From Candidatus Latescibacterota bacterium (GTDB lineage: Bacteria > Latescibacterota > UBA2968), in the NCBI GenBank assembly GCA_965222605.1, contig OZ244960.1:4928001-4992000 (forward strand): a stretch of DNA of 64,000 nt, given 5' to 3'. This document shows, in pieces, positions 19,801 to 28,563 of the stretch (position 1 is its first letter; the number at the start of each line of letters is the position of its first letter). The position numbers and the translations under genes are program-made. The notes beneath the pieces are model-generated. The model made no database searches. It saw only the letters and a list, made by a program, of their open reading frames with translations, and was not told the origin of the DNA.

Positions 19801-20150
19801 CATTTCGGTTTCCGCTCATCCGACAATTGGCCATGGGCTGGCCCCTGCCGTTTTTCTTCCAGAATGTACAGGGTGAATTGTTCTTCGACATCGGGGGAGC
19901 GTTTGACCGCGCCAATTGGAGAGATGGGTGGGTCTCCCGAGATGGGGGGTTTGAGCTCAATACGCCGCAAAACTATAATACGGCGGAAATCAGGAAAACA
20001 AAACCGCAGATAGCCGCTGGGTATGGGTTTGGCGTGCGGGTAAATTTGGGCTATTTCCTGTTCCGATACGATCTGGCGTGGCCCACGGATCTCGCCGAAA
20101 CATACCATCCACACCAGTATTTCTCAATTGATTTCACGGGCTTGTTCTAA
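16884..20150 (+). CDS. Omp85 (BamA/TamA) family protein with N-terminal peptidase MA-like domain and TolB/PD40 propeller
   Basis: FGKNKVNY; HELVH and WIAEGIAEY; multiple WSPDG repeats; C-terminal barrel (GYGFGVR, terminal F); AAGGAG RBS. Confidence 0.88.
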   Translation: MARWCFFTRSAIFVLILGVSTSAFGQEYFGKNKVNYSQYGWHYIDSEHFTIYFDKGSLGLAEFVAKEAERSLVHIEKTLKYTLKDRYPIVIYNSHNGFSVSNISSMEQSEFTGGFTEFAQGRVVIPFTGSYGDLQHVIHHELVHAVTIELWTGGGWLGSLVSQTSTLPPLWIAEGIAEYVSRYGWHKEHDNFMRDATITGYVPTIEMMSLSYFAYPGGNSVFYMIEQEYGKDKVASFISSFRTAKNPDKALKASLGFGMKELEEKYQLWLKRQYWNEINLRHTPKEMATNLTEREDRRSSYNLAAALSPQGDKVAYLTDRNGTFDIYLMSAIDGKDLGRLVEGQKSSDFESMFVLRPGFTWSPDGRHIAFAAKSNNKNTLYILDVKKKQIRKRFKFDLDGLFEPTWSPDGKKIAIAGIKDGWSDIYVVDLNDESLTRLTSDPYDERHLDWSPDGTWIAVSSDRPDIHLKFSGGKDFAFGQYDIFLVRADGSEMRRIVASEDAEDSHPVWGGDSKHVAFVSDRTGVGNIYIANVDSTQEIYPITNLLSGAQYLDWSADGKKIVFNAFHKGALDIFVMRDPLAQRKEMADLPRTRFVKRLAGEDEKMFVELQKEKYESRKIAKVEADSTAVDSTAEKTEKKVALWISDQEALAAAESAPADSTAKIDTTHPVAGSPEMADTGKQGVKNWGEKEFLVKKYKLKFKPELFGAQAGFDTFYGVSSSIVLSMSDVMGDHRATLVTSLNFSLKDSDFLLAYAYLKNRTNYGAQLFHTRFFFFDNTGRLTADRYYGLAGMLERPFNRFARLELSTRFVSVDREELFTDINNNYLYQPGFRGVGRFTGELISRRRAAIGEVALVGDSALYSLFGAVDGHRYRLNFEGSGVGMKFATFTLDYRKYMRLLNEYTFAIRMSGGTSYGHNSTMFFLGGVNNPVNPTFSTIASVDQSRVFFSSYVWPLRGARLLEMAGDSYVLANVAFRFPLIRQLAMGWPLPFFFQNVQGELFFDIGGAFDRANWRDGWVSRDGGFELNTPQNYNTAEIRKTKPQIAAGYGFGVRVNLGYFLFRYDLAWPTDLAETYHPHQYFSIDFTGLF

Positions 20151-20175
20151 CCTGCAAAATCAACCGCTGCATTTT

Positions 20176-20206
20176 AGGGAGAGGCGTTTTGCGTCTCTCC
20201 TTTTTT
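20176..20206 (+). terminator. Intrinsic terminator
   Basis: agggagaggcgt-ttt-gcgtctctcct followed by a T run. Confidence 0.7.
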
Positions 20207-20292
20207 CTCAGGTTGATGGATGGTGGTTTTTTGTGTATTATTGAGGTGCTCAAAACGCGAGTTGAGTGGGATTTTTTGATGAGGGATTTGTT

Positions 20293-20607
20293 ATGGCAGC
20301 AAAAGAATATTACATGGCGGGATTGGGTAAGTTGGGAACTGGAGATCTGGAAGGCGCGACTGTCGAATTTGAAAAGGCTGTATCTGACGATGCTTCATTT
20401 TACATGGCGCATCTGGGATGGGCGCAGGCACTGGATCGGCAGGGAAAGATTGACGAGGCGATTGAACAGGTCAATCGCGCTTTGAAAATTGTTCCCGATG
20501 AGGCACTGGCGCATACGAGTCTGTCGCGATTGTATCAGCAGAAAGGGATGATTGAAGAGGCCGAAAAGGAAATGGCTATTTCTCAAAAACTCTCTCAAAA
20601 TATTTAA
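20293..20607 (+). CDS. Small TPR protein
   Basis: TPR pattern; AHTSLSRLYQQKGMIEEAE. Confidence 0.85.
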   Translation: MAAKEYYMAGLGKLGTGDLEGATVEFEKAVSDDASFYMAHLGWAQALDRQGKIDEAIEQVNRALKIVPDEALAHTSLSRLYQQKGMIEEAEKEMAISQKLSQNI

Positions 20608-20610
20608 AAA

Positions 20611-22647
20611 ATGGTGCATGTACTGGAAATGAGGACGTCCTGTTTGGGCGTCCTTTCTGTTTTTATGTTGATGGCGTGTGTGACGGCAAATGCAAATTCG
20701 GTTGATTCGTTGCTCGCACGCGCACAAAGTGATACGTTGAAACCGCTTGATTACCGCATTGGTTTGCTTCGAAAAGCACTCAGTGTGGATGGCGACCGCG
20801 CAGATGTCTGTGCGGCATTGGGGGCGTTGTTTATGCAAAAGAACACGCCTGCGAGCAGGTTGCGTGCAGACCGCTATATTTATCGCGCGATTGTATTGGA
20901 TCCTGAGAATATAGATTATCATCTGTCTTACGCGACTCTGCAGCGCAAGAAGGGTTTTCGGTACAATGCCAGGCGATATTTCGAAAAGGTGCTCAGTATA
21001 GATTCAACACAGGTTGATGCAGCCTGTGAAGTGGGCGATTATTATTTGCAGGATATGTTGAAATACGTCGATGCGCGACGTTTTGACGGAGGTGGGAGTA
21101 TGCGATCTTTTGCAATGGAGAGCGTGCAAAGGGCCGCGGATTACTACCACTACGCGCTTGCACATGATCCCTATTGCAGGCGTGCGTATTACGGGTTGGG
21201 TATGCTGAGTATAGAGGGTGGGTATAAAGAGGATTTGATTGTTATTGCACAGGCACTTTTAGACCGACGGCCGCAGGATCGGGACGGACTTTTGTTTTTG
21301 GGATTGGGATATTATGCGACCGAAAAGTTTGAGGCGGCGGGCAAAGCATTTGATCGCGCGTACGCACAGATGGATTCGATTGGGCAGGCTGCAATGACTT
21401 CAATAAAATTGTTGGGTGGCGAGGATGAGACGCACGCGCTTTTTTGGCGAAAGCGCGATCCTTTGTTTCTCACGCCTGTGAACGAAAGAAAGCTGGCACA
21501 TCGCGGGCGGGTTGCTTATGCAAATTTGAGATTTGGTCTGCCCGATGAGGGGATTGCGGGTTGGGAAACGGATATGGGCAAGGTCTGGATTCGCTATGGT
21601 CGCTATGTCAATCGCGTGAGAACGCTTATTCCGCATCGAGAGATCTGGACATACGAAGATTTTTCAATGGACTTTTTTTCTTACGATTCCGTGCATTGGA
21701 AATTGGAATCGATGAAGGATGAGCGATGGGCACTTGTTCCGGGCGGATGGGGCAGAAGTCAGATTCTGTCTTCCAATTTCTATTTGCCCGAGCGCTATGT
21801 CGATCCATATCGAGATCAGAAATACAGATTGCCCGTGCAGGTGGGATTTTTTAAGGCGAGCGAAGGACAAGTCAAAGTGGCACTATCGTGGGGCATCCCC
21901 AAGCGTCAGTTGCAGTATCTCAAGCTCTATGGGACATATCAGGTCGATTTAGATGCAGGTATTTTTGTACACAGGAGTAACGGGCAAGAGGTAACGAATG
22001 TCAGGTGGGAACCAGAGGCATTTCGGGATGTTTGGACCGATTCATTAAAGGAGCGGTATTTGTTGGGACAACGCGATTTGGTTTTGGCACCGGATCAAAT
22101 TGCTTCGCAGTTGGACGCCGATTCACTTGCGCTGTCTTTAGAAATCAGAGATATGGGAAAGAAAACAGTGGGCGTGTTCCGCGATACCGTTTTTGTGCAG
22201 ACATTTCCCGATGATGTAATTTCTATGAGTTCTGTATTGTTGGCTTCACATGTGGGGGATGGCAAAGAGGGAATTGAGGTGATACCCAATCCATTGAGAA
22301 CTTTTGATGCGGACGAGTTGTTGTATATCTATTTTGAGATCTACAATTTAGTACGCGATGAGTTTGGTCAGACCGACTTTTCTGTGACGTACAGAGTAGG
22401 ACCGCCAGATTTGCGGCGTTTTTCTGATAAACGAGACCGAAAGGCGGTTGCGCAATTGGGTATAAGTGATGACATGTGGCGTATTTCTGTTAGTACGGAT
22501 TATCGAGGTGGGGATATGCTGGAGCCGATTTATTTGTCCGTTGACTTAAGTGAACTGGGGCCTGGCGTGCATCTGCTATCCGTAGTTGTCACTGACCGCG
22601 AAACCGGGTTACAAACCTGGCGAGAAACCCTGTTTCGCATTTTGTGA
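20611..22647 (+). CDS. GWxTD domain protein with TPR repeats
   Basis: FWRKRDP; GWETDMGKVWIRYG; signal peptide; start 20611 or 20629. Confidence 0.85.
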   Translation: MVHVLEMRTSCLGVLSVFMLMACVTANANSVDSLLARAQSDTLKPLDYRIGLLRKALSVDGDRADVCAALGALFMQKNTPASRLRADRYIYRAIVLDPENIDYHLSYATLQRKKGFRYNARRYFEKVLSIDSTQVDAACEVGDYYLQDMLKYVDARRFDGGGSMRSFAMESVQRAADYYHYALAHDPYCRRAYYGLGMLSIEGGYKEDLIVIAQALLDRRPQDRDGLLFLGLGYYATEKFEAAGKAFDRAYAQMDSIGQAAMTSIKLLGGEDETHALFWRKRDPLFLTPVNERKLAHRGRVAYANLRFGLPDEGIAGWETDMGKVWIRYGRYVNRVRTLIPHREIWTYEDFSMDFFSYDSVHWKLESMKDERWALVPGGWGRSQILSSNFYLPERYVDPYRDQKYRLPVQVGFFKASEGQVKVALSWGIPKRQLQYLKLYGTYQVDLDAGIFVHRSNGQEVTNVRWEPEAFRDVWTDSLKERYLLGQRDLVLAPDQIASQLDADSLALSLEIRDMGKKTVGVFRDTVFVQTFPDDVISMSSVLLASHVGDGKEGIEVIPNPLRTFDADELLYIYFEIYNLVRDEFGQTDFSVTYRVGPPDLRRFSDKRDRKAVAQLGISDDMWRISVSTDYRGGDMLEPIYLSVDLSELGPGVHLLSVVVTDRETGLQTWRETLFRIL

Positions 22648-22660
22648 CGCCATCAGGGAC

Positions 22661-23653
22661 CTATTTTTTCGCTTTTTTGTGCCAGAGGAGGCTAACAAGT
22701 GGAGGGCCGCCAAATAAAAGAAAGCCAAAGATTGCGACTGCGTGTACAGACGTGGCAAATGCCAATGCGATTTCTGTTGGCACATGATAGAAATGGTGGA
22801 GGGTTTGAGCGCAAAAGAAATGATAGGCGCCTATGCCGCCCGGGGCGGGAAGGACAAATCCGATCGTGGCGAAAGTCATAACAACCATAGCTTCAAATAA
22901 GCCGAGGTTGTAATTATGTGATAGATCAAAACTGTAGAAGGGCAAGTACATGGCGAACAAATAAAGACTATTGAGAACCAGGGTCGATACCAAAATCCCC
23001 GCGTAGCCCTCCACAGTGTGAATGGCTCTCATGCCCTGTAAAAAAGAACGCAAAATATGGGTTGCACCATCGGCCAGCCTGGGAGAGAGGCGCGCCAGCA
23101 GACGGTGGAAAATGGACAGGCCGCGTTCTCCGCGGGCAGAGAGCAATCCCAAAAATACGAAAGCAAACAGAATGACGGGCAATGTCAGCAAGGCGACTTG
23201 TTCAAGTCCGGGAAATGCCGCGCCTATCTGCTCTCTGGCAAAAAACAAAACCACGCCAAATATGACCAACAGGGTGAGTAAATCGAGCAAGCGTTCTACA
23301 ATCACTGTCGCCAGGATTGCACTGATTCCGATGGGGTGATTTCTTTCGAGGGCGAGGGCACGCGCAACTTCGCCTGCGCGTGGGAATACAACATTGCCCG
23401 CATAGGCGACCATGACAGCCCAAAATGCCGAGCGAATGGAAATGTTTGAGGCAACGGGCAATAGCAAAATGCGCCAGCGCCATGCTCGGGGTAAGCCCGA
23501 AATGATTATCGTGATGGCCGATAAGAGCAACCACAGGGGGTTGGCTGTTTGCAGGGCCTCTTTGAGGAGCATCCCATCGACATTTCTAAATGCTGCCCAG
23601 AGAAAGCCCCCCATTAGCACGAGACTGGCTGCGAGTTTGAGAAAGGTTTTCAT
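22661..23653 (-). CDS. Lysylphosphatidylglycerol synthase TM / flippase-like (UPF0104) protein
   Basis: RAWRW; PRAGEVAR; ERLLD; PAPGGIGAYH. Confidence 0.88.
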   Translation of the reverse strand: MKTFLKLAASLVLMGGFLWAAFRNVDGMLLKEALQTANPLWLLLSAITIIISGLPRAWRWRILLLPVASNISIRSAFWAVMVAYAGNVVFPRAGEVARALALERNHPIGISAILATVIVERLLDLLTLLVIFGVVLFFAREQIGAAFPGLEQVALLTLPVILFAFVFLGLLSARGERGLSIFHRLLARLSPRLADGATHILRSFLQGMRAIHTVEGYAGILVSTLVLNSLYLFAMYLPFYSFDLSHNYNLGLFEAMVVMTFATIGFVLPAPGGIGAYHFFCAQTLHHFYHVPTEIALAFATSVHAVAIFGFLLFGGPPLVSLLWHKKAKK

Positions 23654-24540
23654 GACAGGCCATATCCCAGGCTGCGAAGAGCGGTATCTTTTTTTCGCCA
23701 GTTCTCATAGACTTTAACGTGCAAGTCGAGGTAAATTGGGCGTTCCAAAAAGGCTTCGATTTTTTTACGTGCCTGATGTCCAATGGTTTTGAGGGTTTTG
23801 CCCCCCCGTCCGATAACAATGCCTTTTTGAGAATTGCGTTCGACAATGATATTGGCCTGAATATAGACTTTGGGGCGGTTTTCTTCAAAAGCCTCAATGT
23901 CGATTGCCGTTGCATAAGGCAATTCTTGACGCAGGTGGTGGAACACTTCCTCGCGAATGAGTTCTGCAACAAAAAATCTTTCGGGCTGTTCGGTGAGCAT
24001 ATCCTCCGGGTAGTATTGCGGACCTTCTGGCAGTGCATGGCGCAAGGCTGTGTGAAGGTCTGGTATGCCCTGTCCGCTGATGGCCGCTACAGATAAGACG
24101 GTCCGCGTAGAGAGTGAGGCACGAATCTGTTGTTCACAGTGTTGGGCTTGTGCACGCGAGATGAGGTCGGTCTTGTTTACGGCGATGATTTTGGGAATAT
24201 CCCATTGTCTAAAGATCTGTCGTACTTCGGTGTCATAAGATGTGTCAAATTTTGAGCCATCGACAATGCCCAAAAGCACATCGGCACTTTGATACGCACG
24301 CCCAATTTGTCGGTTCATAAATTCGTGAAGGCGATAGCGCGCAGACAAGATACCAGGGGTGTCGAGAAATATCATTTGAGTCTGTTTATCTGTCACAATC
24401 CCCAGGATATTATTGCGGGTTGTTTGAGGTTTGGGCGAAATAATGGATAAACGCTCCCCCACGAGTGCATTAAAAAGCGTGGATTTGCCGACATTGGTGC
24501 GTCCCGCGATTATGACATATCCAGATTTGAAAGCCATCAC
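23650..24540 (-). CDS. era: GTPase Era
   Basis: GRTNVGKST; PQTTR; DTPG; NKTD; KH domain (SQKGIVIG). Confidence 0.97.
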   Translation of the reverse strand: MMAFKSGYVIIAGRTNVGKSTLFNALVGERLSIISPKPQTTRNNILGIVTDKQTQMIFLDTPGILSARYRLHEFMNRQIGRAYQSADVLLGIVDGSKFDTSYDTEVRQIFRQWDIPKIIAVNKTDLISRAQAQHCEQQIRASLSTRTVLSVAAISGQGIPDLHTALRHALPEGPQYYPEDMLTEQPERFFVAELIREEVFHHLRQELPYATAIDIEAFEENRPKVYIQANIIVERNSQKGIVIGRGGKTLKTIGHQARKKIEAFLERPIYLDLHVKVYENWRKKDTALRSLGYGLS

Positions 24541-24547
24541 TGTCCAA

Positions 24548-25531
24548 TCAAAAAAATAAAATAGCCGAAATGCGGTACGTGTTGTCGAGTTGGTCGTGTT
24601 CCATGAAGGCGAGATCTACGCCAAACCGATGAAGTTGCAGGCCAGTGCCCGCTGTAAAGTGCCCGTCCTTGTATCCGAGGCGAAATGCAAGGCGATGTTG
24701 CAGGCGGTATTCTATACCCAGTTGTATGCTGCGTGTTTTTTCCAGTGTCGTTTTTTTGTCATTCAGGTGCGTGCTAAAACCGGCTGTCATATCGCCACCG
24801 GGCACCCTGCGTTGGAGGGCAGAGCCAATGAGAAGTGATGGCGAGATGCGATCTGAAATACCGTCGGGAAATGCAATGCGCGTCTTTGTGAGATCGCGTA
24901 TTGTCGCGCCAATGCGAAACGTCGATGTGGGCAGATAGAGCAGACCGATGTCCAGACCAAAGCCGCTTCCGATGCCCACGCTGAGATCGCGTCTGATCAT
25001 TTTTATACCTGCCCCAAGACGCAATTTATCTGTGATATGCCGCCCATAAGCGATTCGAAAGACGTAATCTGCCGTGCCGATTCTATCGATTATTACGGGT
25101 CGATTGTCTGGACCAATTGGACGATCTGGATCTTCCAGACCCGTCAGGGCAATCCCATCAACGCCAGCGCGAACAATGCCCAGACCAATGCCGCCTTTTC
25201 TCAGGGGCAAACGCAATGCAAAAATATCTTGATTTACACTGCCGCCAAATTGCTCCGCATGTTGTAAGTGAATTTCACGTTTTGGCAGCGATGAACGGCT
25301 GTTGAAGTCTGTCCTGGAGCGTGTTGGAGACACCTCAGGGGTAAGCCCTGCGGGATTCCAATAGATCGCCGTTGCATCAAAACTGAGCGCGACATAAGCA
25401 CTGCCCATGCCCAGGGCGCGGGCACCGGCACCCAATAAGAGTGGATCGCCTGTATAATGGGATGTCTGTGCATGAATTGGGCTTGTAAGCGCGCACGTGC
25501 AATATAATGCCAGGGTCGCAAAGCGTTTCAA
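24548..25531 (-). CDS. PorV/PorQ family outer-membrane protein
   Basis: GAGARALGMG..A..DATAIYWNPAGL; beta-strands; terminal F. Confidence 0.85.
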   Translation of the reverse strand: MKRFATLALYCTCALTSPIHAQTSHYTGDPLLLGAGARALGMGSAYVALSFDATAIYWNPAGLTPEVSPTRSRTDFNSRSSLPKREIHLQHAEQFGGSVNQDIFALRLPLRKGGIGLGIVRAGVDGIALTGLEDPDRPIGPDNRPVIIDRIGTADYVFRIAYGRHITDKLRLGAGIKMIRRDLSVGIGSGFGLDIGLLYLPTSTFRIGATIRDLTKTRIAFPDGISDRISPSLLIGSALQRRVPGGDMTAGFSTHLNDKKTTLEKTRSIQLGIEYRLQHRLAFRLGYKDGHFTAGTGLQLHRFGVDLAFMEHDQLDNTYRISAILFF

Positions 25532-26124
25532 TGATTGGCCTCTGCATGGGGGATGAAGATGGCGATATTGCCGGGACGCAATGCCGATCCCAGGGCTTTG
25601 ATATCGAGGGGAGATAAAGTGATGTGCGGCGTGGTACCTGTTGAAATTCCGTCTGCTCGAATGACGAGGTTTGGCGCAAAATAGAGACGGGAATGGTGGC
25701 GAGGCCCTTCTATCAGTCGTCCGGAAAAGTCGAGGGGAAAAAGCCGCCCGCGAAGTCGCAGATTTGCATTGCCGGGTTCAACAGAGATGGGATCAATTCT
25801 GTTTACAAAGCTGTAGTTCTGTGTGTGGCGTTCTTCTATGGGCGACATGTTGAGAATGGGGCACATTCTCAACATATTGCCCTGTGATTTGAGGTGAATT
25901 TGCTTTGATGGGAGGTCGATGATAAGGTAGAAATCGTCTGGTGATGTTTTGACTTGATCGAGTTCGCGAACGAGGGCTTCGCGGTAGTTTTGGAGAACGA
26001 TTCTGTTTTGACCAAATACAGGGGTTCCCACAAAAAGCAAACAAATTAGTAGATATAGACCCGGTCGCCAACTTGAAGTGAGCGATACACAAAGGCCAGG
26101 TCTTCGTCGTTGAGGCGAATACAT
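25528..26124 (-). CDS. Secreted protein, probably a catalytically degenerate YkuD/L,D-transpeptidase-like fold (start uncertain)
   Basis: YLIIDL...L at the N-terminus and ITL...D...L...LRPG..A.F at the C-terminus parallel YkuD, but HxxC/HGC is absent. Confidence 0.6.
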   Translation of the reverse strand: MYSPQRRRPGLCVSLTSSWRPGLYLLICLLFVGTPVFGQNRIVLQNYREALVRELDQVKTSPDDFYLIIDLPSKQIHLKSQGNMLRMCPILNMSPIEERHTQNYSFVNRIDPISVEPGNANLRLRGRLFPLDFSGRLIEGPRHHSRLYFAPNLVIRADGISTGTTPHITLSPLDIKALGSALRPGNIAIFIPHAEANH

Positions 26125-26630
26125 CCGTGCGTGATATGCCGTCCGAGCAATGTGGGATAAAGGGTGCCGTGAATTTCGTACCCATCGCCTAATTTAAGAG
26201 CGAAGGCACCTAAGGTTGTCCGGTCGAGACGCCGAAACTCCCAGGGCAAGACAGTGGGTTTTTCTCCATTTTCGACAAAGGCCCACAGAGGTTTGGCCCA
26301 GATGGGGTCTGTCACTTTGTGCAAAATAGCTCTGGTCCCCAATGGGGTGTGAAATTGCCAGCGTGCCGAAGCACCCGGATGGAGCAGTACTTTGCCGCTG
26401 CCTGTCGCACACGTCGCTTCTCGTATCATCTGGTTGTTGTGCCAAACTTGAAGGCGGTTGTGAACAGTATCAATAACGATGTAGGTTTCTGCAGCGTGCC
26501 GTTTCAATGCTTCCCGGAGCGATGCGATGTCAGTTTTGAGTTGTTCGCTCTCCGTTTCTCGTGCGGATAGATGCAGGCAAAAACTGAAGACCAAATAGAG
26601 AGCGAGCAATATGGTGTGAAAGCTGTGCAT
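26046..26630 (-). CDS. L,D-transpeptidase (YkuD family)
   Basis: TPLG; P.W; EIHGT; THGCIRL catalytic motif. Confidence 0.92.
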   Translation of the reverse strand: MHSFHTILLALYLVFSFCLHLSARETESEQLKTDIASLREALKRHAAETYIVIDTVHNRLQVWHNNQMIREATCATGSGKVLLHPGASARWQFHTPLGTRAILHKVTDPIWAKPLWAFVENGEKPTVLPWEFRRLDRTTLGAFALKLGDGYEIHGTLYPTLLGRHITHGCIRLNDEDLAFVYRSLQVGDRVYIY

Positions 26631-26646
26631 ATGACTCAGAAATTGT

Positions 26647-26679
26647 AAAACCGAGGTGCTTTTTGCGCGCCTCGGTTTT
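26647..26679. terminator. Intergenic hairpin/terminator
   Basis: aaaaccgagg...cctcggtttt. Confidence 0.6.
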
Positions 26680-26708
26680 GTCTTTTTAAGAAGATATTTG
26701 GATGGGTG

Positions 26709-27335
26709 CTACAGGCGGAAATACCAGGGTTTGTGTCGTTCTTTCCAGTCTTCAATTTTCTGGAACGCGACCGAAACAGCACCCTGAACCTCAGCAAGTT
26801 TGTTTTCTGCATCCTGAGCTTGAGCGAGCGCATCTCTGTATTGCCCGTTGTCGAGGCTGCTGCGCGCATCGCTTATGTTGGTCTCGGCCTGATTCAGGTC
26901 GGCGTTGAGCTGATCCATATCATCATCCGCGCCTTTTCCCCGAGGCGCCTCGCTCAAACTGACTCTGGTTTCTGAAATGCCGGGCATTACGCGTTCGATA
27001 ATTGCCTGAGTATCGGCCTCCAGTTGCCTATTGGTGTCAGCTTCTGATTTGGCGCGATTGGCTAACTCCTGAGCATCTACATAAAGAGGCTCGGCCTCAT
27101 CAAATTTATTAAAGAAGAAGAACTTTTTTTCTTCAAACTTCTTGGCGGCACTGTCTATGGCAGCAGTTGCTATACGATATGCGTCGGGCGCATAAGCCTC
27201 GGCCTGAGCCGCCTGAGCCGCAGCATAAGCTGCCTCAGTATCAGCTTTCAATTTTACCAATTGTTCGGAAGGCCCACAACCCGTTATGGCAAATGCCAAA
27301 ATCAGAACAGTGCAAAGGCTTAAAATGGATCGCAT
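26709..27335 (-). CDS. Alanine-rich helical lipoprotein (DUF4398-like)
   Basis: Lipobox ITGC; AEAYAP motif; APRGKG; AAGGAG RBS. Confidence 0.75.
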   Translation of the reverse strand: MRSILSLCTVLILAFAITGCGPSEQLVKLKADTEAAYAAAQAAQAEAYAPDAYRIATAAIDSAAKKFEEKKFFFFNKFDEAEPLYVDAQELANRAKSEADTNRQLEADTQAIIERVMPGISETRVSLSEAPRGKGADDDMDQLNADLNQAETNISDARSSLDNGQYRDALAQAQDAENKLAEVQGAVSVAFQKIEDWKERHKPWYFRL

Positions 27336-27476
27336 CCTTAGACTCCTTAGTTTGTCGTCAATGAGGGCTTTACGCATTGTCTTCTTTGCGGAAGATAAAA
27401 CACAAATTTCAGCTTGTCAACACCAATTTTGGGATATGGGAAATGGCATTGGGCTGTCGGTGAAGATGTATTTTAT

Positions 27477-28328
27477 TTATCGCCGTTCGCTTTTTTTGTA
27501 AAAGAGTTTGTTCAGTGGGCTTTTGGGAGCCGCAAGGTATTTGGCTTCATCGGGCGTCAGAGCTTTGTCAAAGACGGCGATTTCGTCGATTTGTCCGGGG
27601 TATTTGTAATGATTAAATCGCATCACGAGGGTTTCTATATCCCAGGTCACATTCTGCTGAAGCGGACCTTTGCGCCCTGCTTCTTTGCCATCTATATACA
27701 GTGCCCATTCTGCATCGGCCTTGCCGCTGTTAAAGTTGGACCATGTAATCGCGACGTGATGCCAGTCATTTGCACGCCAATTGACGGGAATAGAAATCAC
27801 GTATTTAGCGACTTCATTATCGCCAATTTCCTGTTTTTTATCGGGATAACATCCAAATCTGAGTGTGCCATCAACTTTTTTGAAATCGACGAATGCAACT
27901 GCATCATCCCACGGATATTTTTCGTCGTTTTTTTTTCCGACATGAAAAGGTTCGGGATAGTTGGATTCAAAGCTGGCGATGTCGGTTTGAAGCCAGAATG
28001 TAATGCTGCCAGACCACGCGCTGTTTGCACTGTAGGCGAGGTTATTTTTACCGCTGTAATCGAGTGCGCCTGCATTTGGGTTAAAAGCCAAATACCCGTC
28101 GGGATTGCCGCCCTGCTTAATGTGGTTGGTGTTGGCAGTGTCAAAGGTGGCCAACGGATCGCCAAGACTGTCGAGGGCGTCCACGCCTTTTTCAAAGTTG
28201 GCAAAAAAAAGTATGTGTGCTCGCAAGCTCTCTTCAATAGCCTTTTCGGGGCCACCACAAGCTGTTGTGAGCGTCAAAAATATGACGGTTAGAGTGCCGC
28301 GAGATAGATGGGGAAGGTGGAACGCCAT
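27477..28328 (-). CDS. LamG/concanavalin A-like domain lipoprotein
   Basis: Lipobox TAC; WHHVAITW; LYIDG; GQIDEIAVFDKALT. Confidence 0.85.
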   Translation of the reverse strand: MAFHLPHLSRGTLTVIFLTLTTACGGPEKAIEESLRAHILFFANFEKGVDALDSLGDPLATFDTANTNHIKQGGNPDGYLAFNPNAGALDYSGKNNLAYSANSAWSGSITFWLQTDIASFESNYPEPFHVGKKNDEKYPWDDAVAFVDFKKVDGTLRFGCYPDKKQEIGDNEVAKYVISIPVNWRANDWHHVAITWSNFNSGKADAEWALYIDGKEAGRKGPLQQNVTWDIETLVMRFNHYKYPGQIDEIAVFDKALTPDEAKYLAAPKSPLNKLFYKKSERR

Positions 28329-28383
28329 GTGTAAGGTCTCCAAAAAAGAAGTTCAGCGCATTGTGAAGTTGAGTACTTAAGTT

Positions 28384-28412
28384 GATATACTCCCAAAACG
28401 CGGGTATGTCAA
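28384..28412 (-). promoter_or_regulatory. sigma70-type promoter for the LamG gene
   Basis: TTGACA-17nt-TATATC on minus strand. Confidence 0.55.
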
Positions 28413-28484
28413 TAATAAAATAACGAGATTGCCAAGATAGCTTAAATGCTCGAAAAATCAATAGTGTGTGTCTCGGAAATTGTC

Positions 28485-28513
28485 TTGACATCTCAAAAGT
28501 TATTTATTAGCAT
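28485..28513 (+). promoter_or_regulatory. sigma70-type promoter for the 1615-aa gene operon
   Basis: TTGACA-17nt-TAGCAT. Confidence 0.55.
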
Positions 28514-28563
28514 AAAAATCCAATTTTCCCAGTAAGTTCGGCATTTTAACAGGAGCCTCCTCG

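Noticed and set aside
27414-28292. 292-aa ORF on the + strand
   Set aside because: Antisense shadow of the LamG lipoprotein gene; no motifs
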